NCBI GenBank assembly: GCA_000388065.2
Contig: KB932202.1
From: Fonticula alba ATCC 38817
Taxonomy: Eukaryota; Protista; Nucleariida
Strand: one strand, 5' to 3'
DNA length: 64,000 nt
Shown: piece after piece, positions 45,254 through 58,308 of the stretch
Layout of the letters: every line of letters begins with the position of its first letter
Position numbering within the stretch: the first letter of the stretch is position 1
The notes under the pieces: generated by a model
What the model saw: only the letters and a program-made list of their open reading frames with translations
The model's database searches: none
Told to the model about the DNA's origin: nothing
Program-made: the position numbers and the translations under genes

Positions 45254-48200
45254 ATGTCCTTCCACTCTGTGGCCGTCTCGGCCTTCCTGCAGTACGCGTC
45301 CCCTGCACCGGCTCGCGATCGCGCCTCTTCTCGCTGGCTCCCCTCACCCTCCATGCGCCATCCTTCCTGCCCCCCCCCCGCCGCCCAGTGACTCTGCCGG
45401 GTCCAAGGGATACACTCCCTACGGCACGCTGGACCTGAATCTGAAGCTCGGCGACAAGGGCGCCTTCATCCTGAACCTGGACAAGGCCGGCACCGTGTAC
45501 ACCAGTGCCCCGATCAGCCCGGACTTCTCGCTGACCGTGCGTATGACCCGGGCACACACACACACACACCCAGAGAGAGAAAGAGAGAGAGATGCCTGCC
45601 TATGCACGCCTACAGGCCGCCACCCCGCACCGCCCCTGACATGCTCCCCCCCCCCCCCTCCCCCCCCCCCGCTCCCTTGCTGTGGGCCGCACGCCATAGC
45701 CCCTGGACGAGACGTCGGCCATGTTCACCGGCGAGCATGGTCGCTCGTGGACCGTGCGCTTCTCCTCGGTTGATGAGGCCAGCAACTTTTATCTCAAGGT
45801 CACCTATGCCCGCGCCTCGGCCGCCCAGTTCAAGGAGCTGGTCATCCAGGACTCCCTCGTCGGCACTGGTGATGTATGTTTCCGTCGGCCCGGCCGTGTG
45901 ACCCTCCCTGATGCTGCTCTGCCTCTCTTCGCCCTGCTTACGCACCATTCGCTCCATTCGATCCATTCGATCCATTCGATCCACTCGACCCTGCTCCACC
46001 CCAGGACTCCCTCGGCCCGGGGTCCCGCGCGGCGGTGGCCTACAATGCCTGGTCCTTCAGCCAGAACTCCCTGAGCCCCTTCCATACCGGACTCAACAAC
46101 CCCGATCAGCAGCAGACCTTCACCATCGGTCGCGGCAAGGTGTGTGCCGGCTGGGAGACCGGTGTTCGCGGCATGAAGCTCGAGGGCCGCCGCTTCATCA
46201 TGGTCCCCGCCACGATGGCCACCAGCGCCCAGGGCTTCCCCACCGGCTGCCCGCTCTTCTTCCACATGAAGCTGGCTCGCGCTCGGTTCGAGGGCTCGGC
46301 CGCCTCGGCCGCCGGCACCCCGGCCAAGGATTCGCCGCGCAAGTTCAAGACCGTGCAGGAGATCCCGCTCCCCTCCCTGCCTGTGGCGCCGGCCTCCTCC
46401 TCCGAGGTGGACGAGGATGACCCCATTCAGAGCCTGGTACGCTGCTCCACACATGTGCCCTCCCCCCGGTGGGGGGCGCGGGCTCGGTTGGGGGCTCTGC
46501 TCTTTCCCCCTGCTCCCCCCTCCCCCCTCGGCAGACCCCTTCTCTAACCATCCCTTTCGCGACGCTTGCCCAGCGCGGCCGCGATCAGAAGCAGCAGGAG
46601 GTCATCGACCGCGTCTCGAAGTTCGGCCAGAACATGCTCAGCAGCCTGCCGGCTCCGGCGGCTGCTGCCATGAACGACGAGGTTGCCATGACCCTGAGCC
46701 AGCGCAACAGCCAGCAGCCCGCTCAGCAGCAGCAGCAGCAGCAGCAGCAGCCCGTCCAGCAGCAGCCTGTTCAGCAGCAGCCTATGCAGCAGCAGCAGCA
46801 GCAGCCCGTTCAGCAGCAGCAGCAGCAGCAGCCCATGTACCCCATGCAGCAGTCGCAGCAGCAGCCCATGTACCCCATGCAGCAGCAGCAGCAGCAGCCC
46901 ATGTACCCCATGCAGCAGGACCCGTGGACCGGTGCCCCGCAGGCCGGCCCCGGCCAGCTGGCCCTCTATCACCCATACCAGCAGGCTGGTGCTCCGGGCG
47001 CCCCCTTCCGGCCGGCCCTTCCTGCTCCCGGGCAGCACTACGGCAACCCGGGGCACTATCACGATTCGGCTGCTGCCACGGCGGCCGCTGTGGCGGCTGC
47101 CACCGTGGCCGCGTATGCTCCGGCCGCCGTTGCCCCGGCCGCCGCTGCCGCGTCTCCGGCCCCGGTCGCCAGCCCGGCTCCGGCCCCCGGCCCGGTCGCC
47201 CTGTCCGATGAGGACCGGCGCCTGCTGAGCGCCACGCACGATGCCGCGCAGAAGGTGGCCACCCAGCAGACCACCATGGCCACCTCGGTGGCCGGGGTGG
47301 CCGAGCAGGTGTCCACCCTGCGCGAGGGCGTCGGCCGGATTGTCAACAATCCGCTCTTCGCTTCGGACGGCGGCAAGCCCGCCATGGAGGGGCTGGAGCT
47401 GCTGCGCGCCATCCAGAAGCTGGTGACCGAGAGCGACCGCCTGCGCCGGGAGATCGACGAGCGCTCGACCACGGTGGAGCGTCTGCAGGCTCGCGTGGCC
47501 GGCCTGGTGACCGAGAAGGAGCAGCTCATCGACGACCGGAACCAGATGCTGGACCGGCGGAATGAGTCGCTGCGCGCGACGTCCGAGCACTCGGCCGACA
47601 TCCTGCTGAAGCTGCAGCAGGACAAGTCCCGCATCGAGGCCGACCTGGCTGCCGCCCAGTCGGACCTGTCCTCGGCCCAGCGCCAGGTGGCCGGGCTGAC
47701 CCGCGTGGAGACCGAGCTCCGCGAGGAGACCGCCACCCTGACCCTGGCTCTGGAGGAGGCGCGCTCCGACGCGGACACCCTGCGCACGGAGGCCGCCACG
47801 CGGGAGACCCGCGTCAAGCAGCTGACCCGCCAGCTGAAGCTCCTGAAGGCGGCCAAGGCCGAGGCCGATGAGCGGATCACCGCCCTCGAGGAGGAGGTCA
47901 GCGACCGGATCCGCGAGCTGGAAAACGTCCGTGCCCTGTCGGACGAGCGCCGGCGCAAGTCCGATGAGGAGCTTGCCCGTGCTGAGCAGGTGCGCGCCTG
48001 GCTGCCTTTTGTGCCCCTCTCGCTCTCACTCGCTGGCCCTCGGATGAGGAGCCATGGCCTCTTCCCCGGTCACTGACACATGAATCGCACGACGCTCTGG
48101 CGTGTGGGGGGGGGGGGGCGGGGCGGGTCCCGGCTCGGTTGGGCGCGCGCGGTCCGGCAATATGACAGACCTACATCGACAGCCAGAAGGCCCTGGAGAA

Positions 48201-50840
48201 GGACATTTCGACCCTGCGCGAGCAGCTTCGCCGCGAGCGTCTGTCCTCCGGCGAGGCAACCGCCACCCGCCTCCGCGAGATGGAGGAGGAGCTCGAGGCC
48301 ATCTGGACCCAGAAGCTGGAGCGCGTGCAGGAAGACCTGCGCAAGGCCCATGCCACGGCCGTGGCCAACATGGAGATTGCCCAGCGCCAGGCCCTTGAGC
48401 AGGCTCGGGCGGAGGAGCGCGAGCTGGCCGCCGCCGCGGCCGGGTCGACCACCCGCCAGCAGGAGGCCCGCACGGCTGAGCTCGAGGCCCAGCTGGCCGA
48501 GGCCCGTGCCAAGGTGGCCCAGCTGCTGGCCACGGTGGAGGAGCTTGAGAAGACCCCCGGCGCCGCCCCGGTGGGAGCCGCTGCCGGTGGGCAGTTTACC
48601 TTTGACGATATCAAGAAGATCATGAACGGCGTGGCACGCGGTGTGCTGCCGATTCTGGCCGACCCGGAGGAGCGCGCCACCGTGACCGGCATCATTCGTG
48701 ACGCCACGCTGTCGGTTCTGAACCCGGAGCCCGTGGTCGCGGAGTCTGAGGAGTCCGAGGAGGAGTCTGACGAGGAGTCTGCTGAGGAGTCCGAGCACGA
48801 GTCCGAGCACGAGTCCGAGCACGAGTCCGAGCACGAGTCCGAGCACGAGTCCGAGCACGAGTCCGAGGAGGAGGAGGAGGAGTCCGCCGATGAGGCGGCT
48901 GCCCCTGTCGCCGAGGAGACCTCCCTTGCCGCCGAGGAGTCCGACGAGTCCATCACTGAGGAGGCCGTTGCCCCGGCTGCTCCCGGCGTGCAGGAGGAGT
49001 CCGAGGATGAGGATGAGCTCCCTGCCGTTGCGGCCCCGGGCCCGGCCCAGACCGCTGCCCTTCTCTTCGACTCGGAGGACGACGAGGAGGACCTGCCGCT
49101 TCCGGAGGTGGCGACCAAGCCCCAGGCGTCGAGCCTTCTCCTCTCGGATGACGAGGATGAGGATGATGACCCCTTCCTGCCGGCCCCCGGCAAGACTGCC
49201 GCCGTGAGCCTGGGCTTCTCGGACGACGAGGAGTCTGACGTGGCGGAGGATCCTGCCCCGTCCATGGCCGCTGCGGTCGTCAGCGATGATGCCACTGGCA
49301 GCGATGACGGTGGCGAGGAGGATGAGGACGATGCCGTCTTCGCGGCGGCCGCGTCTCCCACTGCCGCCACCCCGGCCAAGGGTGGCCTCTTCGACACTGA
49401 CAGCGAGGAGGACGACCTGGAGGTCGATGCTGCGCCCACTCCCGAGGTGGAGCCTCTCGAGGAGGATGCCTCGATTGACTCTGGCGCCGAGACTCCCACT
49501 CACGAGGAGGGGTCTGTCGCTCAGAAGGAGGATGACGACGAGCCCCTCGCTGAGGAGGCCGACGATGAGCCTATCACTGAGGAGGCCGACGATGAGCCCC
49601 TCGCCGAGGAGGNNNNNNNNNNGAGCCTATCACTGAGGAGGCCGACGATGAGCCCCTCGCCGAGGAGGACGACGACGAGCCTATCACCGAGGAGGCCGAG
49701 GAGGAGTCCTTCTCCAGCCTCGCGGCCGCCGCCACCATCGAGAGCGATGACGATGATGATGATGCTTTCTCATCGGCCGCCGCTGCCGTGACCACCAAGA
49801 GCAGCCTCTTCGACTCCGACGATGACGAGGAGGAGGAGGAGGAGGAGGAAGACCTGCCTGCTCCTGTTGCCGAGAACACGGGTGACGAGGACGTTGCGCA
49901 GGATGCCGCTGCCGCCCTGTTTGATAGCGACGACGGCAATGATGGCGTCAACGCCGATGAGGCGGAGGAGCAGCAGCCCGAGCCCGCCGAGGAGGATCCG
50001 CTGGCCGCCGGCGGCGATGCCCATTCGTCGGACGGCGCATCCAATGCCACCTCCTCGCCCTTTGACATCGTCAATGAGGACATCGCCACCAGCAGCGACG
50101 ACCACCACCTGTCGAATGACACCCTGGACAAGGAGGAGGATGCCAGTGCTGACCCCTTCGGCGATGCGGTGTCCGTCACCCTGAGCGACGCCCAGGCCCT
50201 GCAGTCGGCCTCGGTTCTGTCGGTGGCCGACTCGGATGCCGAGGAGGCCGGCGACCCGTTCGCTGCTCCGGCCGCCAGCGCGCCGGCCGCCAGCTCCCTC
50301 TTCTCTTCCGATGACGAGGAGGACACCGCCCCGGCGCCTTCCCTCTCGGCGGCCACCACCGTGGTCGAGGATGACGCGGAGGCGGCGGCGGCCCCGATCC
50401 AGCTCCCGCCGGCCATGGACCCGCTGGTCATGGACCCCTGGAGTCAGCCCCTGCCCGAGGCCGCGACCGCTGTCGCCGCCGAGCAGGTCCCGGAGGACGA
50501 GGCAGCGGCGGAGGAGCCCACCGAGGAGCCGCCCGCGCCCGCGCCCGCGCCCGCCATCAGCAGCAAGATCGACGATGATGACGACGACATGGACTGGCTC
50601 AATGCCACCCAGCCGAAGGCCACCGGCCCCCGGGTGACCAGCCTCTTCGGCGACACCGATGACGAGGATGATGCGCCCTTCGACACGGGCGCGTCGCCGC
50701 GTGCCGGCACCGCCGCCGCTGCTCGGTCCCGGACCAGCTCCATGCTCAAGCGCCCGGGCCGCTCGGCGTCGGTCCTCAAGTCCCCGGCCGCCAACAAGCC
50801 GACCAGTCTCTTCGGCAGCGATGATGATGACATCTTCTAA
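45254..50840 (+). CDS. FKBP15: FKBP15 (WAFL)-like protein: PH/WH1-like N-terminus, degenerate FKBP domain, Q/P-rich linker, coiled coil, long acidic tail
   Basis: SVAVSAF...GRSWTVRFSSVDEASNF...LVIQD...VAYNAW...FTIGRGKVCAGWETGVRGMKLEGRRFIMVP follows the FKBP15 layout. Coiled coil LLRAIQKLVTESDRLRREIDERSTTVERLQ. Acidic tail ends TSLFGSDDDDIF*. The start may lie further upstream, because the ATG is preceded by CAG-G. Confidence 0.85.
46700..46920 (+). repeat. Coding CAG-rich and QQPMYPMQQ tandem repeats in FKBP15
   Basis: Poly-Q runs plus three cagcagcccatgtaccccatgcag copies, in frame. Confidence 0.88.
48786..48866 (+). repeat. Coding 12-bp tandem repeat (GAGTCCGAGCAC)x6 encoding (ESEH)n in FKBP15
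   Basis: Read directly. Confidence 0.92.
49535..49700 (+). repeat. Coding 27-bp tandem repeat encoding DDEP(L/I)(A/T)EE(A/D), with a 10-N placeholder gap
   Basis: Units occur on both sides of Ns 49613-49622 and are probably collapsed in the assembly. Confidence 0.85.
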
Positions 50841-53111
50841 GGACGCGAAGAGCGAGACAAACCCCCCCCCCCCCCCCCCCTCCTGTGCGGGAGTCGGTGC
50901 CTGCTTGNNNNNNNNNNCCCCCCCCCCCCTCCTGTGCGGGAGTCGGTGCCTGCTTGACGTTCCCGCGCACACACGCGCACGCGCACACCCGCGTGTACCC
51001 ACAAACACATCCCCTTTTTAGCCTTTCTTTTCCTCGCCCTTGCGAAAAACATCCCTCAAGAAATACATTCAGCCTGCTGGATCCCCTCGGCCGTGTGCCC
51101 TGAGAGGGGGGTATCCCGTCCTTCATTCGGGCAGAGGGAGGGGGGGCGGGGGCCGTGTCTTGCTCCGCAGACAGGGGGATGGCGCCTCCTCGTTGAGGCC
51201 ACGCCAGGGGAGGGCGTGCGGTCCAACAGGCAGTGGGCCCCCGGCCCGCACGCACACACACGCGCGTGCGCGCGTCATGCTCAGAGGGCCGCCGAATCAG
51301 CGGAGCACGAAGCTGCGCCTCGGGAAAAAATCCAGCTGGCAAGGCCGCGCAAGCCCCGACGGAGGGAGCGACGTGTTTGGTTGGCGCCACGGGAGGGCAC
51401 ACCGAGGGGCCCCTCGGCCGGCGGAGGCCCATCCCCGGTCGTCCCGTGGAACACAAGACCGCGGCAGACACGCGCCCGGAGGGGGGGGCACAGCTAGCCC
51501 GACCCACGCCCCGGGCCTGGCCGGTGAATTAATCTACAACTGGAGATGGCTGCCCGCGGTCATGCAGAATCGGCCGTTCTGTAAGTCCGGACGGCCAGCG
51601 CACATTCCAACGCCCGGCGCAGGGACGCGCGCGCCTTTCGGACTGTCTGCGCATGCCGCAACTGATCGGAGCATCGCCATCTCCCGAGCACCATAGTCTG
51701 GGAAAATAGAACAGGCCGGCGCTCGGGACACCCCGCTCGGGGGGAGCACCCGGCCGACTCTCCGCCCCCCCCCCCNNNNNNNNNNNNNNNNNNNNNNNNN
51801 NNNNNNNNNNNNNNNNNNNNNNNNNNNNNNNNNNNNNNNNNNNNNNNNNNNNNNNNNNNNNNNNNNNNNNNNNNNNNNNNNNNNNNNNNNNNNNNNNNNN
51901 NNNNNNNNNNNNNNNNNNNNNNNNNNNNNNNNNNNNNNNNNNNNNNNNNNNNNNNNNNNNNNNNNNNNNNNNNNNNNNNNNNNNNNNNNNNNNNNNNNNN
52001 NNNNNNNNNNNNNNNNNNNNNNNNNNNNNNNNNNNNNNNNNNNNNNNNNNNNNNNNNNNNNNNNNNNNNNNNNNNNNNNNNNNNNNNNNNNNNNNNNNNN
52101 NNNNNNNNNNNNNNNNNNNNNNNNNNNNNNNNNNNNNNNNNNNNNNNNNNNNNNNNNNNNNNNNNNNNNNNNNNNNNNNNNNNNNNNNNNNNNNNNNNNN
52201 NNNNNNNNNNNNNNNNNNNNNNNNNNNNNNNNNNNNNNNNNNNNNNNNNNNNNNNNNNNNNNNNNNNNNNNNNNNNNNNNNNNNNNNNNNNNNNNNNNNN
52301 NNNNNCCCCCCCCCGCCCCTGGGTCCTCGCGCTTCCCGGGCGGGTGCCCTTCTTCAGGAAGCTTATGCTCCCTCCGCCCGCACACCCGCGACCGGGCTCC
52401 CCGCTTTTTCGGGGCCGGTAAATCCGAAGTCCATTTCCTCCCCCCTCCCAGGGATGGAGACGATCTGGTGAACTACCGCTGCTCGCCCCCGCCCCGCCGG
52501 CACGGGGAGAGATGCGACCCCCCCCCCCCCCTCGCCAGGGAGGCGGCCTTTTCGCCATGCAACCTGCCAGCCCCCGAGGGTGAACCTGGCCGGACATCCC
52601 ACATCCGACTCCCTCCCCCTGCTGCCCCCTGCCCCTGCCCCCTTCCTCCCCTCGTCCGATACACGCGCCCGGCTGCGCGCACGCGCGCACTCCCCAGATC
52701 CGCTCCCCCTAGCCTCCCCCGCCTGCCGTGCCCCCCCCCTCCCCCCCCCTTCCTGATCCGGGCTGCTCCGTCGGAGGGCTCCACCGAGGGCGAGGCGCGT
52801 CGTTGCCGCCGCTGCCACCACCACCGCCACTGCTCCTGCAGCCACTGCCACTACCAGAGCAGCTGCGTCAGCGGCGGCCCCACCTCCCGCCGGCTCCCTG
52901 GCCTGCTTTTCCCCTTGCGCCGCCCCCCCCCCCAGCAAGGGCCAGCAAGTGAGGCCCTGCCCGATTGTCGACCCACTCTCTGGATCTGCTACGTCCGCGG
53001 ATCAACACTATGAATTTGACCCGACACTCGGGCATCCCCATCGTATCTGTGCGCGGTGACCCCCGGCGCCCCGTCCTGCACTCTGCGTACACCATCTCGG
53101 TCTCTGGAGCT

Positions 53112-53148
<37 letters not shown>

Positions 53149-53253
53149 GCACGCACGCACGCACGCACGCACCGTGCTCTGGCGGTGCCCCTCGCGCAGC
53201 CCACCCTCTTCGGCGCCATCGATCCCCTGCCAGTGACTTGGGGGCGCGTCTGA

Positions 53254-55689
53254 ATGGGGTCCGACCAGCTGGGACGTCGACCGCCGCCCCCGCGCCAGCC
53301 GGTCGCCAACGCCCCCATCAGCACCACCACCACCACCACCACCACCACCACCACGGCCAACATGCTCCCGCAGCAGGTCCTCCACCCGGCCGGCGCCACG
53401 ACCAGTGCCACCATCGCCACCGGGCCCGGCGCCGACCCGAGCTCCCTGCTTACGGGGCATCACCACCACCACCACCACCATCACCATGCGCATGGGGGGG
53501 CTTGCGACCCGACGGTCGGCCAGCCAAGCTCCCTGTCGCCGTACCCCGGGGCCGGTCCATCCCACTCGGCCACCACCCTGCCGACCGTCTCCTCGTCCAC
53601 CTCCTTCGCCTCGATCTCGCCCTCCTCCTCGCCAGTGACCCCATCGGCCGGCGGCGGGACCGGGCCCGGCCCCGCCGGCGCGCCAGTCTCCGCGTCCAAG
53701 TCCTGGCGGTCCAAGTTCAATCGCTTCATCCGGTTTTCCAGCGGCGGCCCCAGCCCCACATTGAGCACCACATCCAGCGAGTCATCCTCCCTGCTGTATC
53801 AGCCCTCCCCGCCGCAGGTGGTCTCCCCCTGCACCGAACGCCTGGCCACCTCCTCCCTTCCCTCGACCCCGCGGCTGACGGTCAATTCGGAAGCCGGCGG
53901 CATGGATGCCGCTGGGCCCCGGGGCCCGGGCCCCCTTGATGAAGGTGCCTCGGCCTCGCCGGCCCCCGATGCTGCGCGGATCACCCCCGACCGGGCCTCC
54001 CTACTGGCCTCTCTGGGCCCCGGGCCAGCGCGGCCTGCCGGCTCGCCTGGGGCTGATCCCCTTCGCCGGAGCTCCTCGGCTCCCGGGCCGCCGGCCTTTC
54101 TGGCTGATCCGGCCGGCGCCTCGGCCGGGGGGGCCTCGCCCCGGGTCGCCCCGGGCACCCTCATCCACAGTCGCCCCCCCTCGATGGACGATGCGGAAAT
54201 CCAGCGCGCCATTTCGGAAGCACGCGACGCCGCGCGCGAGGAATATGCCAAGGCGCTGGCCGCGCGCGAACGCGCCCGCCGGCGCGAAGTCATCCTCACC
54301 GGCCTGGTGGAGCCACTCTTCCAGCCCCTTCTCGGGCCTGATGAGGATGCCTCCCGGTCGCCGGTTGGCCATGCGTCCTCCATGGCCCCGGTCGCCGCCG
54401 CCGCCGCTGCCGCCCATACCCCGGTCGCCACCGGCACCGCCACCACGCCTGGGCCCTGGTCGCCCTTTTCCCCGGCCTCCTCGGCGACCGCCGGCGGGGG
54501 CCCCGGGGAAAATGCCTCACATCTGGCCCGGCTCCAGCGCGACGACGCGTACTGGGCCTTCCGGCAGGATCTCATCGCGCGCCTGCTGGGGAATTCGGAC
54601 CTCCTGCCGGGCGACCGGACCTGGCCCGTGTGCTCGGGATTGCTTTCCATCCTCCCGGAGGAGGGCCCCTCCCCCGGGCCAATCACCGCCCAACAGGAGG
54701 GCGATGAGGGGCCGGCCGCCGCCAATGACGAGCCCCCTGCCGCCCTGGTGCCCGGCCAGCAGCCAGACTCCGCCACCACTTCGACCTCCTCGCTGACATC
54801 CACCAGCCAGGCATCGGCACCTGCGTCCCCTTCGCCGGGGATGGGCCCCGGCGGCCGGCGGTCCAGTGCGGTCCTTTCGCCCCCGACCCCCTTGCTGTCC
54901 CCCGGCGGCGGCGCCGCCGCCGCCATGCAGCAGTATTACGTCGGCCCGCGGCGGCCCCCACCGTCGCACGACCCGTCGGCGGCCAAGTGGCTGGGCTTCC
55001 ACCAGTATGACCTGGCCCGGGTGCCGGACATGACCCCGTGCGGCTTCGACACCTGGGAGTTCGTCTTCAACCCCAGCCAAACGGCCCCGGCGGTGGTGCC
55101 CCTCAGCGCCTTGCCGCCCAATTCCCAGATGTCCTTCTTCAGCAGCAGCAGCGGCAGTAGCAGCGCTGGCGCTGGCGCCGGCCCCGGGGGAGCTGCCCCC
55201 TTGCGCGCATCCTCAACCACCTCCCTCTCGTCGATCGCCTCGCTGGCCCTGCCGACTTTGGTCCCGGCGCTGGTTGTCCCGCCCTTGGCAGCGACTCCGG
55301 CCGCCGTGGCTCAGTGCCCCGGTCGCCGTGCCTCAGCCGACCCCTGTCCATACGGTCAATTGGCCGCCGCTCCGCCCTCCGGCGGGCAGGCAAGCCCTTC
55401 ACAGCAGCAACAAAAACAAAGGCACGACCAGCCACCTCGAGCCACTCCTGCGCCTCCGGACTGGTCGGGTGTCTCGCCAGCCCCGCCCTCCGGGGGTCCC
55501 CCATCCGCCACTGCCTCCCGGTCTCCCTCCCGCGACAACCCATCCAAGGATCCAGTTGATCCCCTTGCGATGGATTCCCCCGTGGCGGCGGCGGCGGCGG
55601 CGGCGGCGGCGTCGACCACAGCGGCTGACGCCCTCCTCGGAACGGCTGAGGCCATTGATGACCTCATTTCACAATACTCCAACTACTAA
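53254..55689 (+). CDS. Uncharacterised 811-aa Ser/Pro/Ala-rich protein with a few ordered islands
   Basis: Single uninterrupted ORF with an in-frame stop directly before the ATG. Composition (poly-T, poly-H, poly-A tracts) matches other genes here. Ordered segments include DDAEIQRAISEARDAAREEY, YWAFRQDLIARLLG and KWLGFHQYDLARVPDMTPCGFDTWEFVF. No family recognised. Confidence 0.7.
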   Translation: MGSDQLGRRPPPPRQPVANAPISTTTTTTTTTTTANMLPQQVLHPAGATTSATIATGPGADPSSLLTGHHHHHHHHHHAHGGACDPTVGQPSSLSPYPGAGPSHSATTLPTVSSSTSFASISPSSSPVTPSAGGGTGPGPAGAPVSASKSWRSKFNRFIRFSSGGPSPTLSTTSSESSSLLYQPSPPQVVSPCTERLATSSLPSTPRLTVNSEAGGMDAAGPRGPGPLDEGASASPAPDAARITPDRASLLASLGPGPARPAGSPGADPLRRSSSAPGPPAFLADPAGASAGGASPRVAPGTLIHSRPPSMDDAEIQRAISEARDAAREEYAKALAARERARRREVILTGLVEPLFQPLLGPDEDASRSPVGHASSMAPVAAAAAAAHTPVATGTATTPGPWSPFSPASSATAGGGPGENASHLARLQRDDAYWAFRQDLIARLLGNSDLLPGDRTWPVCSGLLSILPEEGPSPGPITAQQEGDEGPAAANDEPPAALVPGQQPDSATTSTSSLTSTSQASAPASPSPGMGPGGRRSSAVLSPPTPLLSPGGGAAAAMQQYYVGPRRPPPSHDPSAAKWLGFHQYDLARVPDMTPCGFDTWEFVFNPSQTAPAVVPLSALPPNSQMSFFSSSSGSSSAGAGAGPGGAAPLRASSTTSLSSIASLALPTLVPALVVPPLAATPAAVAQCPGRRASADPCPYGQLAAAPPSGGQASPSQQQQKQRHDQPPRATPAPPDWSGVSPAPPSGGPPSATASRSPSRDNPSKDPVDPLAMDSPVAAAAAAAAASTTAADALLGTAEAIDDLISQYSNY

Positions 55690-56269
55690 TAGATTTACCC
55701 CTCTCTTGTTGTCGAGCTCGATTGCCTTCGCCCACGGTGGTGCCTTGGCTTCTTTTCCGGCCCCTGGGGTGAGCATGCCGGGCATGGGAAGCAGCAATGC
55801 CCATGCTGCGCCTGGCGTGTGGGGCTCTTTCCCTTGTCGCCGCCCGCTTGCCACGGCTCCCACCGTGTCGCTGCCCGGGTTGGTGGCTGCGAAATCCGGC
55901 CTGCCAGGACCCCTATTCTGCACGTCATCCCGAGCATGCAAACACCACCCACGCTCGAGCCCTGGCCAAGCGCTCTTCTGAGGATGACCAGAAAGACCCC
56001 GCACAAGGGGGGAGGTGGAGGATAGAAGGAAGGGTTCATGTATTTGGGGGAGGAGGGAGGGGGGGGGGGGGACGTGAGGGAGGCAGGGAGGAACTCACAC
56101 ACACTCTCACGCTATCTGAGGCAACTGCATACGCGTTTATGTATGAAGTAAGGGGGAGGGGGGAGGGGGGGGGGGGGGGCGAACGAGAAGAGAAGGGGCA
56201 ACGAGGACAGGGGGAGGGGGTAACGTGCAGCATGTGCATATGCACGGCTGCACAGCTGCTGTGGGCACT

Positions 56270-58308
<2,039 letters not shown>

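Noticed and set aside
49613-49622. Apparent frameshift or split between ORFs 48280-49791 and 49788-50840
   Set aside because: Caused by a 10-N placeholder inside a coding tandem repeat. The reading continues sensibly after the gap, so it is neither a pseudogene nor programmed frameshifting.
240-50840. Possible functional cluster of endosomal genes (pallidin-like, PPP1R21, FKBP15)
   Set aside because: They are interspersed with unrelated housekeeping genes over 50 kb, with no shared regulatory signature, so chance is sufficient.
50869-50957. Duplicated CCCC-TCCTGTGCGGGAGTCGGTGCCTGCTTG on both sides of a 10-N gap
   Set aside because: Looks like an unmerged contig overlap.
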